The notes beneath the pieces were generated by a model. It saw nothing but the letters and a program-made list of their open reading frames with translations. It searched no databases and had not been told where the DNA came from. Made by a program: the position numbers and the translations under genes. Positions 13,240 to 26,399 of a stretch of 64,000 nt of DNA are shown piece after piece. The DNA is taken from NCBI GenBank assembly GCA_951406725.2, contig OX597814.1, forward strand, positions 61,628,001-61,692,000, given 5' to 3'. Position 1 is the stretch's first letter. Every line of letters begins with the position of its first letter. Source of the DNA: Octopus vulgaris (lineage: Eukaryota).

Positions 13240-13623
13240 TGTATGTATGTATGTATGTATGTATGTATGTATTCGTTATTAGCGATGGTAGCATTGTTAG
13301 TTCAGAATACATTTTGATTATGTATCATCATCGATTGTGTGTGCGTGCGTATGTTTACGAAAATCAGTGGCGACTAAAATATATTTTTATGTAGTAAAAA
13401 TATAGTTCTTAAATTTATTCTTTTTCTCTGTAAGAACTCTTGTAATAATACGCACGCAGCCATATCAGCACTTGACACTGTATATGTATTCCCACTACAA
13501 ACTCTTTTGCTTTCGTATTTCATATTGTTTACGGTCTGTGACGTCCTGCACTCATATGTGTACATATATATGTGTATATATTTACATACACATACATATG
13601 CAATATATATGTACATATATATA

Positions 13624-13736
<113 letters not shown>

Positions 13737-13839
13737 GTATATATATATGCATATATATATGCATATGTATATGTATGTGAGCACCGCCAGCAATTTTTTT
13801 TCCTCTGTCTTCCCTTCTCGGGATCTTTCCTTCTCCTTT

Positions 13840-13874
13840 GTTTCCGACGAAGAGCTCCGCTCGAAACGTTAAAC
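13840..13874 (+). ncRNA. Minimal type-I hammerhead ribozyme motif (U4C core) in a ~200-bp non-coding insert (about 13779-13975)
   Basis: GTTT|CCGACGA|A|GAGC-TCC-GCTC|GAAA|CG|T|T|AAAC. Helix I GTTT/AAAC, palindromic helix III ACGT, GUU triplet. Confidence 0.75.
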
Positions 13875-14699
13875 CCTCCTTCATCCCTTCTATCCTGAGC
13901 GTCCAATAATACTTTATTTGTTCCACGTCCTCGTCTTGCTGTGTTTTTTTGTGTTTTCTTGTTTGGATTAACTTTATATGTATATATATATATATACACA
14001 CACACATTTATATTATTATTTGATTGAACGGCATTTCCAAGTATTTTCTATATGTATGTATATATGTATGTTTGTATGTATGTATATATGTATGTGTGTG
14101 TATGTATGTATGTATGTATGTATGTATGTATGTATGTATGTATGTATGTATGTATGTACGTATGTGTTTATCTATCTATCTATCTATCTATCTATCAATA
14201 TATATATATATATACATATATACACACATATATGTATACACACACACAAACACATACATACATATATATATATACATTCATGATACATATAAGCATAAAA
14301 GCCATGCATGTACGTATGGGTATATATATATCTATATAAAACTGAAATGCGTTTTTACCGCTTGGCTCGCTTTCAATGCCGTCCGATTCGCTCCAAAATT
14401 TACAGGGACATGTAGAATGAGGTGACGATGCCCGTGGGCTACCTTAGAAATCCCTATCTTAAAAGGTGTGGTTGCTAGGGGCCATCTTCCTCACTCACGC
14501 TATTTTCTCCATTCCCCCTAACTCCCCTTCATTTATAACTTTGACAAGTCCACTCCCGTTATTTAATGTAAAGTTCGTCAGACGGTGTTCTTTGATGTAT
14601 CTATCTGCATTCATAGGGAGAATTATCATCGCCACACGCCACCACCAACACACAATCATGAGAACAAATATTATGAATCAGATATTCATTGCGTTCATT

Positions 14700-14732
<33 letters not shown>

Positions 14733-15190
14733 TCGATATATAAATATGTATATATAATGAATATATACAAAGTGTCTATATCTGTATTTATGTATATTAA
14801 ACTTTTTAATACTTTTTGATAGTTATATATATTTTAAAACAAATTATAAATATAATTTAATAATTTTTATTTTAAATTTAAATAATTTAAATTTTTCAAT
14901 TTTCTATATTTTCTATATTATATTTTTAAAATTTACAGGGACATGTAAAATGAGGTGACGATGCCCGTGGGCTACCTTAGAAATATACATGTGTATACAT
15001 TACACATGTATATATATATGTATACACATGTATATATACACATGTATAAATATATATGTATACACATGTATATATATATATATAGACCGGAGTAAACACA
15101 TAAATGTGAAACAAGGTGGAAAAAAGAGTACTCAAATACCAGTGGTAGAGTAATATGCTTTATTTTAAGCAGCAGAAAATTCAACAAAAT

Positions 15191-15228
15191 CTGTTACTCT
15201 GAGTTTCTCGTTGCCGTTCATCAGACAG
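15191..15228 (-). ncRNA. Type-I hammerhead ribozyme motif, family A
   Basis: Reverse complement of 17458-17495. Confidence 0.75.
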
Positions 15229-16235
15229 TTTTTGCTAGAATGGAACATATATTAATTCAATCTATACTCTTACAAACGCTACACCTTTAAAAAGAAATGG
15301 ACTTGTTTGATTGGCCCTTTAGAAAAAACGGTCAATCTTCGAGCGATAAACAAAAAGGTCAAAAATATATGTATATATATATAAAAAAACTTATAAAAAT
15401 TATAAAATCCGAGGAAAAAACCGAGGAAAAAACCTATTGCCGTTAATGAAGACAGTACAAATTAATGCATAGAAATTAAACCTGTTATAAATACTGCAAT
15501 ACATATTTATATTAAAATCCACATATATATATCAACATACACAAAAGGATGCGCGTAAACGCCATACATACATATACAGACGTATGAATATGAATCTAAA
15601 TTATACACATAAAAGCATGTGTACATATATTCACGCAAACCGTCTCGCACGCAAGCTAAAATTCATCTATGTAGCAATTCTCATATACTGAGCAAGGAGG
15701 GGGAACGAAAGAAAGGGAAAGAGAGAAAAAAGAAACGAAGGAGGGGTGGGGAAAAAACTTGTAGCGATATTATTGGCATCTATAGAGGCCAGTATACATA
15801 CACAAGTTTGAATTGATACATATACATACCGTCGTGTGTATGCGTGCTTAAGCACAAGCATACTTTCACTTACACATACACAGATACGCATGCTTACAAA
15901 TATATATGCTTTGCTATACACAAACTTATATAAACATTCTAAATTTGACAACATTGCTTTTTTTAAAAAAAACATTGCTTTTAAAAAATGGGTGCATTAA
16001 TAAAAATATATACGAAAGACATAAAATAAAATATAACATCCTATTTTGGGTCATTTATAAATAATCAAGGTAATATAAATAATCAAGGTAATCTTATGCA
16101 ATACAATAACATGAAAACAAAGTTTGTAGGTTTTTCCTAATATATATGTAGAAACAATAAGACTTTGCTATAGGTCCGTCGTAGCGCTCAAGAGTCAAAA
16201 TCAAAATCAAAAAATCAAAATACAAAATATATACT

Positions 16236-17078
16236 CTATCCATATGGTATATTTATATTCGACATTTTAAATTTAGCCGTGTGCCTACATAAGTTCATTA
16301 ATTCACTTCTTTGATTCAAAGAATTATTGTCTTTGAATAATATGTGCATTTTTTCTAATAAGCAAAGCCTGCACTTGAAATTATATTTGTAAGCTCCATG
16401 CCTGTATGGTGCCGCCCTGTCCAGAATGCTCCATGTCACGTTGAAAGGTGGGGCTTCCTTTTCTTTTAGTTCCCAGACATATTTTGCTAGGCTGGTTTTC
16501 TTTCTGTTCTCTGGGTATTTAAAAGAATTCTTATGAGAATAAAATCTTGTTTTAAATGAATTTTCTGAAGCCCCTGTGTATGTCTTGTATTCCGATGAGC
16601 CTTCCACTTGCACCTTGGCTCTATAAACTACTCCTTTCACTAGACATTTCCCTTCTAACGGACAGGAGCTTTCGTTTTTGAAATTACATTTCTTAATGGG
16701 CTCGGCACCATGTCTAATCTCAATTAGCTTCCTATTATGTTGGCTAATGTAAGAGGCGAAATTTCTGCAACAAGAATAGCTAACCTTCAGGGTTCTTCTA
16801 TTAAATGTTCTGTAGAATTTATGACCCTGCCTAAAATGCTTAGAGACTAATCTCAAAAATTCTTTACCTATATTAGTCTTTACGGCCAAATTGAAAGCCG
16901 GGTTGAACCACAAAACTTTCCTGGTCCTAGTTCTTCGTGCAGCATTATTATTAGCATTAAGCTGGTTGAACTGGATCTTCTCCGAGAATCCACTATTCTT
17001 TAATGCGCTATCGTAATAAGGTGCAGCATTATGGAATGCTGCCTCGTCCGAAGAAATTGAAGATATTCTTCTACCTAC
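16236..17078 (-). pseudogene. PLE RT thumb/linker and GIY-YIG endonuclease (5' truncated)
   Basis: WFNPAF…KTNIGKEFLRLVSKHF; CNFKNESSCPLEGKC; GVVYRAKV…TYTG (GIY-YIG variant); CRLCLLE…CRH. The frame extends upstream to the truncation at about 17078. The motif set resembles Hydra-clade PLEs (inference). Confidence 0.88.
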
Positions 17079-17457
17079 GTATAATTTAGATTCATATTCA
17101 TACGTCTGTATATGTATGTATGGCGTTTACGCGCATCCTTTTGTGTATGTTGATATATATATGTGGATTTTAATATAAATATGTATTGCAGTATTTATAA
17201 CAGGTTTAATTTCTATGCATTAATTTGTACTGTCTTCATTAACGGCAATAGGTTTTTTCCTCGGTTTTTTCCTCGGATTTTATAATTTTTATAAGTTTTT
17301 TTTATATATATATACATATATTTTTGACCTTTTTGTTTATCGCTCGAAGATTGACCGTTTTTTCTAAAGGGCCAATCAAACAAGTCCATTTCTTTTTAAA
17401 GGTGTAGCGTTTGTAAGAGTATAGATTGAATTAATATATGTTCCATTCTAGCAAAAA

Positions 17458-17495
17458 CTGTCTGATGAACGGCAACGAGAAACTCAGAGTAACAG
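17458..17495 (+). ncRNA. Type-I hammerhead ribozyme motif, family A
   Basis: CTGT|CTGATGA|ACG-GCAA-CGA|GAAA|CTCAGAG|T|A|ACAG. Canonical core, minimal helix II, near-palindromic helix III, GUA triplet. Confidence 0.78.
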
Positions 17496-17527
17496 ATTTT
17501 GTTGAATTTTCTGCTGCTTAAAATAAA

Positions 17528-17588
<61 letters not shown>

Positions 17589-17978
17589 TAGACACATCTT
17601 TAATTAAACTATTGACCGCCTTAAAACGGATTTCAACAGACAAATATTACTATAATGGGGAATTAAATGCATTTATGTATAAACTTTAAACTGAACTTCA
17701 ATTGTTTTATAAACCTAACAGCGTGGTGGTACGTAAATAAACGGCGTAAATTAACGAAGGTATAAACCTGACGTAAATACACGAAACTGACGTACTTTCA
17801 CTTCTGACAGCTAACAGCATGACAGTCTGGGTCAACAGTTCGTTTCCTCGGAGGATATGGAAATTCCTATTACCCGTCAGAGAAATAACTACAGCAGCTC
17901 ACAACTATTTCAACAAAGACAAGGTTACCTGCTTACCAGTCGAATTCAGCGTCAACGCTCACGTATGAGAGAGACTCC

Positions 17979-18074
<96 letters not shown>

Positions 18075-18151
18075 TTAGTGATTTTATCTCTAATTTAATT
18101 TATACATATATATATATATATAATTTGTATACATTTGTATATATAATGCGT

Positions 18152-18214
<63 letters not shown>

Positions 18215-18580
18215 CACACACACATATATATATATAATGTGTGCATTATGTGGTCGGTCGGTTCAGCTGAGAATATGCACACCTATGTTAAAAGTGCTGG
18301 CAAGTTTGCATGAAAACTATTTTTTTTTCCTCAAATGAAACGCGTTACTTCTAGGACAAAATTCCTCATCTTATAAAATGTGGCCCCAGTAGACCCGAAT
18401 AAAATCGGGCTATATTAACCAAAATGTGAAAAGGGGTCTAAATGGGGCTGGAAGGGGATTAAAATTTAAATGAGCGAGTGTTTATCTATCTATCTAACTA
18501 TCTATCTGTCTATCTCTCTGTCTGTCTGTATGTCTGTCTGTATGTCTGTCTGTATGTCTGTCTGTATGTCTGTCTGTCTA

Positions 18581-18635
<55 letters not shown>

Positions 18636-18860
18636 ATATCTATGTTTATACATGCACACACTTATAAACCTATACATATACCAATTTACGCATTTGCGCT
18701 CGCAAATTCACACACATACCTGCGTGCATACAAATACATGCATGTGTAACTACACAAACATAATTACAGACGATATATAATGAAATGGGGTTTCCAGTTG
18801 ATGCCGGCGGAGAGAATATAGGAGTTCGTACCTCTGAAAGAGTAATCCCTTGGTAGCATG

Positions 18861-19757
18861 CGAGGTCTGATCAATAAGTATCAGGACTGTTGCCATAGTA
18901 ACGAAGCTAAAGCACGCAGAGTGAAGCCGCTTGGCACAGATTGACCTTGATCTCTGCTGTGCATGCGCACTACATCTTAACGTTCTAGCTCACTTCCGCT
19001 GTTTACAACAGTGCCTGGAAGAAAGGTGTGTAGCGTATGATCGTCGCATTAACCATGACAGAGGAAGTTGTCATGGCGATACCTGCTCAAAGGCCTACGC
19101 AAAGTAACTGCAGAAAGTGGATGTAGAGCTGTGTATGAGCCGCACACAGTGTACGAGTGGTTCAGATGTTTCCAAGATGACTGAAAAAATGTCGATATTG
19201 ATGAACGTTCAGGGAGACCTGTAACCAGTAGAACTGAGAAAAACATTGTAGATGTGCGTGTAGTTGTGAGGTGAAATCGTCGAATCACCATCCGTGAGTT
19301 ATCAGAGGATGTGCAGATTAGTTACAGTTCAGTTCAGTCCATTAACACTGAAGATTTGACTATGAGACGCATGTCTGCAAAGTTTGAGCCCAAACTGCTC
19401 TCAGCTGACCAAAAAGACAATCGAGTTTCAGTTGCACTAGATTTCCTTGATTGTGTCGAGAACGATGAAAACTTTTTGAAAACATTGTGTCGGCCACTGA
19501 GCAGGTATCGCCAAGCTTTCGGCAAAATTTGATGCAGATTCTCTGCTCAACTTTCTCTGTCATTGTCAATGCGACGATCACACGCTAAACACCTTCCTTC
19601 CAAGCGCTGCTGTAAACAGCGGAAGTGAGGTAGAACGTTAAAACTAAGTATACATGCACCGCAGAGTTCAAGGTCAGTCTAAGCCCAACAGCTTTATTCT
19701 GCGTGCTTAAGCTTCGTTACTACAGCAACAGTCCAGATACTTATTGATCGGACCACT
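18861..19757. mobile_element. Non-autonomous mariner derivative with long inverted ends
   Basis: GGTCTGATCAATAAGTATC… at the left end and its complement at the right; the inverted similarity extends over 200 bp. Internal decayed transposase HTH (VYEWFRCF…, MRRMSAKFEPKLLS). Confidence 0.85.
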
Positions 19758-19977
19758 TATGTAATCATCTCTTCACATGCTGTACAAAGGAATGTTTCAA
19801 TATCATGTAAAAAACATATAAATAAACGTGATAATTTGGGTGCATAAAATAACTGGGACTTAATGGCGTACAGATATGGTGTAAACACAGGTGCTTATTG
19901 TACAAAGCAACATACGACGAGAACGTGGTGGATATGAAAAAGCATGAAATATAATAGCGGTTAAATATAAAAATACC

Positions 19978-20063
<86 letters not shown>

Positions 20064-20439
20064 ATGTCTAACTACCTATCTTTTATATGCACACAATTAT
20101 GCACATATACATATGCCTATTTATTTTCAAGACAATACATGACGAGAACAACTGGGTGTATTTTAAAAAAGAACATGAATTACAACAGGGTTATATTTAA
20201 AGACTGATAAGAAACAGACGTTATATATAAAAAGAATTACGCAGTGTAAAGTTTACAGTACATGCAAGAGAAGCAAGCGTGTAAAGGGTATGAATTCGGG
20301 GTGATTGATAGGATTAAAGCAGAGGACTGAAAGTAAAGAAATGGAAATGTGTGAGTTTAGCGAAGAGCAAAATATAAACCAAGCAAGGAGAAATCTCTAT
20401 CTGAGTCTTCTTATTTGGAATATATATATCTATATATGG

Positions 20440-20720
20440 TGGAGGTGCAATGGTCCAGTGGTCATAGGATCGCGGTTTCGATTCCCAGACCGGGCGTTGT
20501 GAGTGTTCATTGAGCGAAAACACGAGGCTCCGGCAGGGAGTGGTGGCGATCCCTGCCGTACTCTTTCGCCACAACTTTCTCTCACTCTTTCTTCTGTTGG
20601 CCTGCTCGCTTAGCCATCGGGGTGGCGTCATTTGAAGGCCAAAACAATGCGAAGCGCATTGTGACTAGCGATGCATAGCAACATCTGATAGCCTGGTCCG
20701 TCACGGTGATCACGGTGATA
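20440..20720 (+). mobile_element. tRNA-derived SINE
   Basis: A-box-like TGGTCCAGTGG, B box GTTTCGATTCC, distinct tail ending (TCACGGTGA)2; in TA context. Confidence 0.75.
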
Positions 20721-20929
20721 TATATATCTTTTATCTTTTACTTCTTTCATTCATTTGACTGCGGCTATGCTGGAGCACTGACTGGAAGAATTTTAAGAAG
20801 AATTTTAAAGCTTGGTACTTGTTATATCGGACTTTCTTGCCGAACTGCTAGGTTGCGGGAATACAAGCACACCAACACCAGCTGTCAAGCGGGGGTGAGG
20901 GACAAACACTGACCCAAACACATTAGCGA

Positions 20930-23900
20930 TTCGCTAAATAATCCATAGATTTTTTGCCAAAACTGACCGGTCAGTATAAGGAATTTTCGATCAGAGTTTT
21001 CGGGCGATTACTCTCCAAGCAGTCCTTCTAGCGGGAGCGGGGTGTTAGTCCTGTTAAAAAGTAACCGGGTTTCTGAGAAAAAGTTAATTTTTTCAGATCC
21101 AGAAGGTAGGCTGGTCGTCATGGACTTGACGTTGAGCCGTGGTAAAGTTATCAGACTGGTTGTATTTTATGCACCCACGCTAACTGGGCAAAGCGAGTAT
21201 TTTCGGAATCTGGAGAAGTTTCTTGGCACATCATATTCTTTAGTTGTGCTAGGAGACTATAACACAATCTGCGAGGCACGCGTAGATTATGTTGGCTCAT
21301 GTACAGGTAGAAAATGTAATCATTGCTTCCTGGAACTGCTAAGCCGCTTTGAGCTAGCAGATCCTTATAGGTTGGAATTTCCGAACGCTCCATTCTGGAC
21401 ATGGTCAAATAGCGACGGATCTTCCAGGTCATACCTAGATAGAGTGTTAATTAAAAAAGCAGATAGAAAGATAGCTAGGTGCCCACAGTTTCACCCGGTC
21501 AGCTACAGTGATCATGAAATGGTCACCTGTAAGCTTGACATAGATAAGATATATAATAGAGACTCCGGCTACTGAAAACTTAATACGTCCCTTTTGGTGA
21601 TTAAGGAGTACAGAGACCTGATTAAGATGTTGATTCAGATGGCATTCATTGGTTCCATTATTAATAATAAATGGAGGTATGGCCTCAAGCATACCTCCAT
21701 TGAGGAGGTAATTGAGGCTATCGCAGACTACGACGCGTGTAGGGCACCGGGACTGGATAGTCTACCCTATGAGTTGCATAAGAGTATGCCAGACTTGTTC
21801 GGGAACCCTCTGGCGAATGTCTACGCGAACTGGCAGCAGAACGGGTTTATTCCCAGATCTGTGCGCCGGGGAGTGGTGACGTTTAGGACCTGGACAAGGG
21901 GGATTCCGTTGATAATTTTCGGCCCATCACTCTGCTAAACGCAGAGTTGAAGATTTTGGCCAGAGTGTTATCGAAAAGATTGGCGCGTGTCGCGAATGGT
22001 CTGATCGGGGAGGCACAGACATGTGCCGTTCCCGGCAGAACCATCCAGGATAATCTCCATCTTATGCGGTACACTTTAGAGGGGTTTAATAGTGATTCTG
22101 GCAAGGGTGGAGCACTGGTCCATTTAGACCAATCTAAGGCATTTGATAGGGTTGACCATCGCTACCTGGTGTCCATTCTGGCACAGTTCGGCCTGGGTCT
22201 TGGCTTCCTCAGGTGGATCATTCAGATTTATGACAACATCGATTCGGTAGTTCGGGTGAACGGCTTCTTATCGAGGTCGTTCAACATCAAGCGCTCGGTT
22301 CGTCAAGAGTGTCCGCTCTCCCCGCTTTTGTACGTGATAGCTCTTGAGCCATTACTGCGAAAATTGAGCGGCATCCCGAGACAGCTAGGTTGTGGAAAGT
22401 CGGTTTCAGCTTACGCGGATGACATCACCATCATCGTAACCGAAATGGATCACCTACAGAGAGTAGGCAAGGCCATTCAGGTTTACGAGACGGTGGCAGG
22501 AGCAAAAGTTAATCATGAAAAGTCAGTCGGCTTGCAACTCGGCACCTGGAGAAGCAAGTCGATGCCTCCTGACAGCGTCGTGGGACGTTGGACGGAGGGT
22601 CCGATTAAGTTGCTAGGAGTTTGGTTTGGACCAGACCTCCAAATAGAGAAGAACTGGGCCGAGGTATCGAGCAGGGTGACCCCCATAGTCAAGGCCTGGT
22701 CTTGGCGGTGGTTATCCCTGAAAGGGAGGACAGAGGTAGCCAATGTGTTCATCGCATCAGTCATCACCTACCGCCTAACCGTCGTTCCTTGCCCTGATTC
22801 ATGGTTGAACAAGCTAGAAAGACAGCTCTTCCACTTTTTGTGGAAGGGCTCGAAACCGCTTGTGAAACGCTCTATTTGCTGCCAACAACCGTTAAAGGGT
22901 AGGCCAGGGATGCCTTGGCTGTTGATGCGCAGACATGCGCTGAGGTTGAGGCATCTGTGGCGCTACCTGGATGGTAAACGGGTGTGGTCTCCGCTGGCGA
23001 AACGGATGTTTCCCAAGTTCGCTAGTTTCGATGGACGGGAATCCTGGTTCTATCGAAGATCGAAGTTGGGTACATGGTTTAGGGAGTGTCGCAAGGCTCT
23101 CCTGCTATTCCGTCGCTCGGGCAATGCCTGCGGAAAACCTTAGGGGAAACCATAGGTCTCGACGATAATCAACTGGCCAGTCTGTTCCAACGTACATACG
23201 GTCCGGAGACCCTGGACAACTTTCAGAAGTCTCTGGCATGGCAGTGTTACAGAGGAGCCTTACCTGTTCGGGACAAGCTCACAAGGCATGATGGTTGTGG
23301 CCTTTCAACCTTTCCAAGATGCGGGCGGGATAGGGAAACCATCCCGCATGCTATTGTTCAATGTTCGGTTTCAGATGTGTGGGTTTATGCTGAACAACTG
23401 TTGTTAAGTGCAGGAAGAGTACAGCTACCGACTGAGTCTCTAGTAAAAATTGACCAGCCTGATTTCCTTTCGAAAGAAGGTAAGAATTGTTTTCTCATTG
23501 CAGTAACAATTGCGATAGAGGTAATTTGGAGAACGAGGCTGAAAGGGTTAAAGTCAGGCACTTTCATCTCTGGCCCTGAATTGGTGAATTACTTCACCTT
23601 TCACCTTAAAAAGAAAATAGGGCTAGAGAGAAAATGCCTGACTGTAAAAAAATTTGAAAATTGATGGAAGAATGTAGCACGGATATTGCGAGTGGATGGA
23701 TCCTCATCAATGCGACACAGGATATACCTTAGGTATCAGTGGCGAGGCGGGGCTCGTGGGGTCCGAATTAAACCCGTCCCACTCCATCCATAATGTCTTC
23801 CAGTCTGTCCTACCATTCGATTTTATTATATTTTCTTATTTTTGTAAAATTTTAAATGTCATTTTTTTGTATAATCATTCGCTCATCTGACTCCAAAATC

Positions 23901-23950
23901 AGATTGTATTGTCCCCTCTTCCTTAGCCCCTTGTGGGTAATAAAAAATCA
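20930..23950 (+). mobile_element. Tx1/L1-clade LINE ORF2 and 3' UTR, internally deleted and frameshifted
   Basis: APE endonuclease (VFYAP, LGDYN, SYLDRVL, YSDH). RT (APGLDSLP, DQSKAFDRV, VRQECPLSPLLY, AYADD). C-terminal zinc-knuckle remnant (RCGRDRETIPHAIVQC). The EN-RT tether is largely missing at about 21690. Confidence 0.92.
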
Positions 23951-24062
23951 ATTTTATAACTTCACATATAATTTAAAATATAATTTTTGATTTTGTATTA
24001 TGAATTATATTTGATATTGATTTTCTAATATTAATAATAATATATCATTAAAAAATATATAT

Positions 24063-24097
<35 letters not shown>

Positions 24098-24130
24098 CAT
24101 ACATACATACATACATACATACATACATAC

Positions 24131-24190
<60 letters not shown>

Positions 24191-24193
<3 letters not shown>

Positions 24194-24532
24194 CGGAGAT
24201 GTACACGCATAGCAAGTAATTTGATCTGAGATCGTGTGCTGAAACGAAAACAATTGCAGCGTGGAAGGTGTTTATAAGCCATTTAAGAAACACACAAAAG
24301 CCGTTCGATTCACTCCAACATTTAAGTTTAATTTGTCAAAATATTTTCGTCGCTAAAATACGCGACCTGTTCACTGACAAAGTCCGTGCTGCATCTCGGA
24401 CTTTGTCAGTGAACAGGTCGCGGATTTTAGCGACGAAAATATTTTGACAAATTAAACTTAAATGTTGGAGTGAATCGAACGGCTTTTTGTGTGTTTCTTA
24501 AATGGCTTATAAACACCTTCCACGCTGCAATT

Positions 24533-24536
<4 letters not shown>
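24191..24536. mobile_element. Non-coding fold-back element in (TA)n, probably PLE pLTR-derived
   Basis: Arms 24248-24386 and 24397-24536 are near-perfect inverted repeats around a 10-nt loop. Unpaired 57-bp tail on the left; HHR-like motif in each arm. Confidence 0.85.
24402..24451 (+). ncRNA. Hammerhead-like motif with G3-C8 swapped core (mirror copy at 24332-24381, minus strand)
   Basis: TTTGTCA|GTGAACA|G|GTCGC-GGATTTTA-GCGAC|GAAA|ATAT|T|T|TGACAAA. Confidence 0.65.
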
Positions 24537-24569
<33 letters not shown>

Positions 24570-25564
24570 TATATGTATATATTTATAAATATATATACAT
24601 ATAAATGTATATACATATAAATATATACATATACATGTACACGTATATATACACATATATACATGCATACATATGGTCATACATATATATACATATATAC
24701 ATATACATATATATATACACACATATATATACATATTTGCACATACATATATACATATATATACATTCCTCTATCTCCTTCTCTCCCCCTCTCTCTCTGA
24801 CTGTGTGTGTCTGTCTTTGTGCTCACACAAATCGATCGATTGTTATATGTATACATAAGTATACATATATATATATATATATACATATATATACATATTT
24901 GTACATACATATATACACATATATATATATACACATATATATATATACATTCCTCTATCTCCTTCTCTCTCCCCCTGTCTCTCTCTGACTGCGTGTGTCT
25001 GTATTTGTACTCACACAAATCGATCGATCTTTATATGTATACATAAGCATATATGCATGGATATATTTTATAAGACCTAAACGATAATAAAAAGAATAAA
25101 TATAATGACGAGACTTTAAATCATTAATGTATTAATGACAATAGAAATACTGATACAAATTGAAAATAAATCAAAACGAAAAGATATAAGAATTTTATGA
25201 AGAGGATATTACAGAGAAATAGTTAGTATTATCATAAAAGTTTTTATATCATGCTTTTCATATAAGTTTTCTTTTAATATAAAGCTTTTCATATACTTAT
25301 ATATTTTGCATTATATATGAGTGTGTGTAAATTACTGGGAGGCCATAAAAATGTATTCTGAAGAAGTATGACGACTTGTACTATAGGTTACTTTGCTAGT
25401 TTGGTTGCAAAAAACTATAAAATATATTCTCTTTCGTATTCTTCAAAAACAGTTATCTCTTTTCTCAAGTAGAATGTTTAAGTGGCATCCTTTTTTAGCG
25501 GAATGTGCTCAGTTTTAACTTGTTCTTTCCCGATTTGACTATTGTTCCTACAAAACAATAATAG

Positions 25565-25660
<96 letters not shown>

Positions 25661-26182
25661 GCGTGTATATATGAATGCATGTATGAATGTATGTGTATGT
25701 GTGTATGTATGTATGTATGTATGTATGTATGTATGTATGTATGTATGTATGTATGTATGTATGTACATACGTATGTACGTATGTATATGTATTTATGTAT
25801 GCATGCATATATATCTGTATGTAGTTTTAGTTTTTGTTTATCGTCTGAATAACATAATAAAACTACAAGTTATGCAAATAACATGATGCAAACTCGAACA
25901 GTGTTCGATAAATATTGTCCTCAAAAAATGTATTCGGTAAATGCAAATATAGGATTTTTTTCTAGTACTTTTGTCTTTTAAGTTTTACCTGTTTTAGTTA
26001 TTGGGCTATGACCATGCTGTGGCACCGCTGTGAAAGGTTTTAGCCGAAAAAATCTACCCCAGTACTTTTTAAAATGCTTGACACTTATTCTATCAGTCTC
26101 TTGTGCCGAGCCGCTTAGTTACGGGAAGGTAAACAAATCAAAACAAGTTCTCAACCGATTATGTAATTCTCGATTGTTCTTT

Positions 26183-26245
<63 letters not shown>

Positions 26246-26399
26246 CTTTCTGTATTGGCCGCACAGAGCTGAATACAAAGGAGACAAATATAATGTAGAG
26301 TTTTTCTTTTCGAGGGTGGCGAAAAAAAAAAAAAATAGGGATAACTATCAAAAGGGATCGAAATCGTTTGGGATATTCAGAAGTCGAAATAACACTAAA

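Larger units (their letters stand above)
15086..17528 (-). mobile_element. 5'-truncated Penelope-like element with inverted pseudo-LTR copy
   Basis: Contains a GIY-YIG ORF end. 15158-15606 is the near-perfect reverse complement of 17079-17528. (TA)n on both flanks; HHRs in both pLTR copies. Confidence 0.92.

Noticed and set aside
24248-24536. Possible miRNA precursor or TIR MITE
   Set aside because: The one-sided tail, (TA)n target and HHR-like motif fit a PLE-type inversion better.
24690-25047. Tandem duplication of about 185 bp
   Set aside because: Local duplication within low-complexity sequence; no spacer-repeat structure, so not CRISPR-like.
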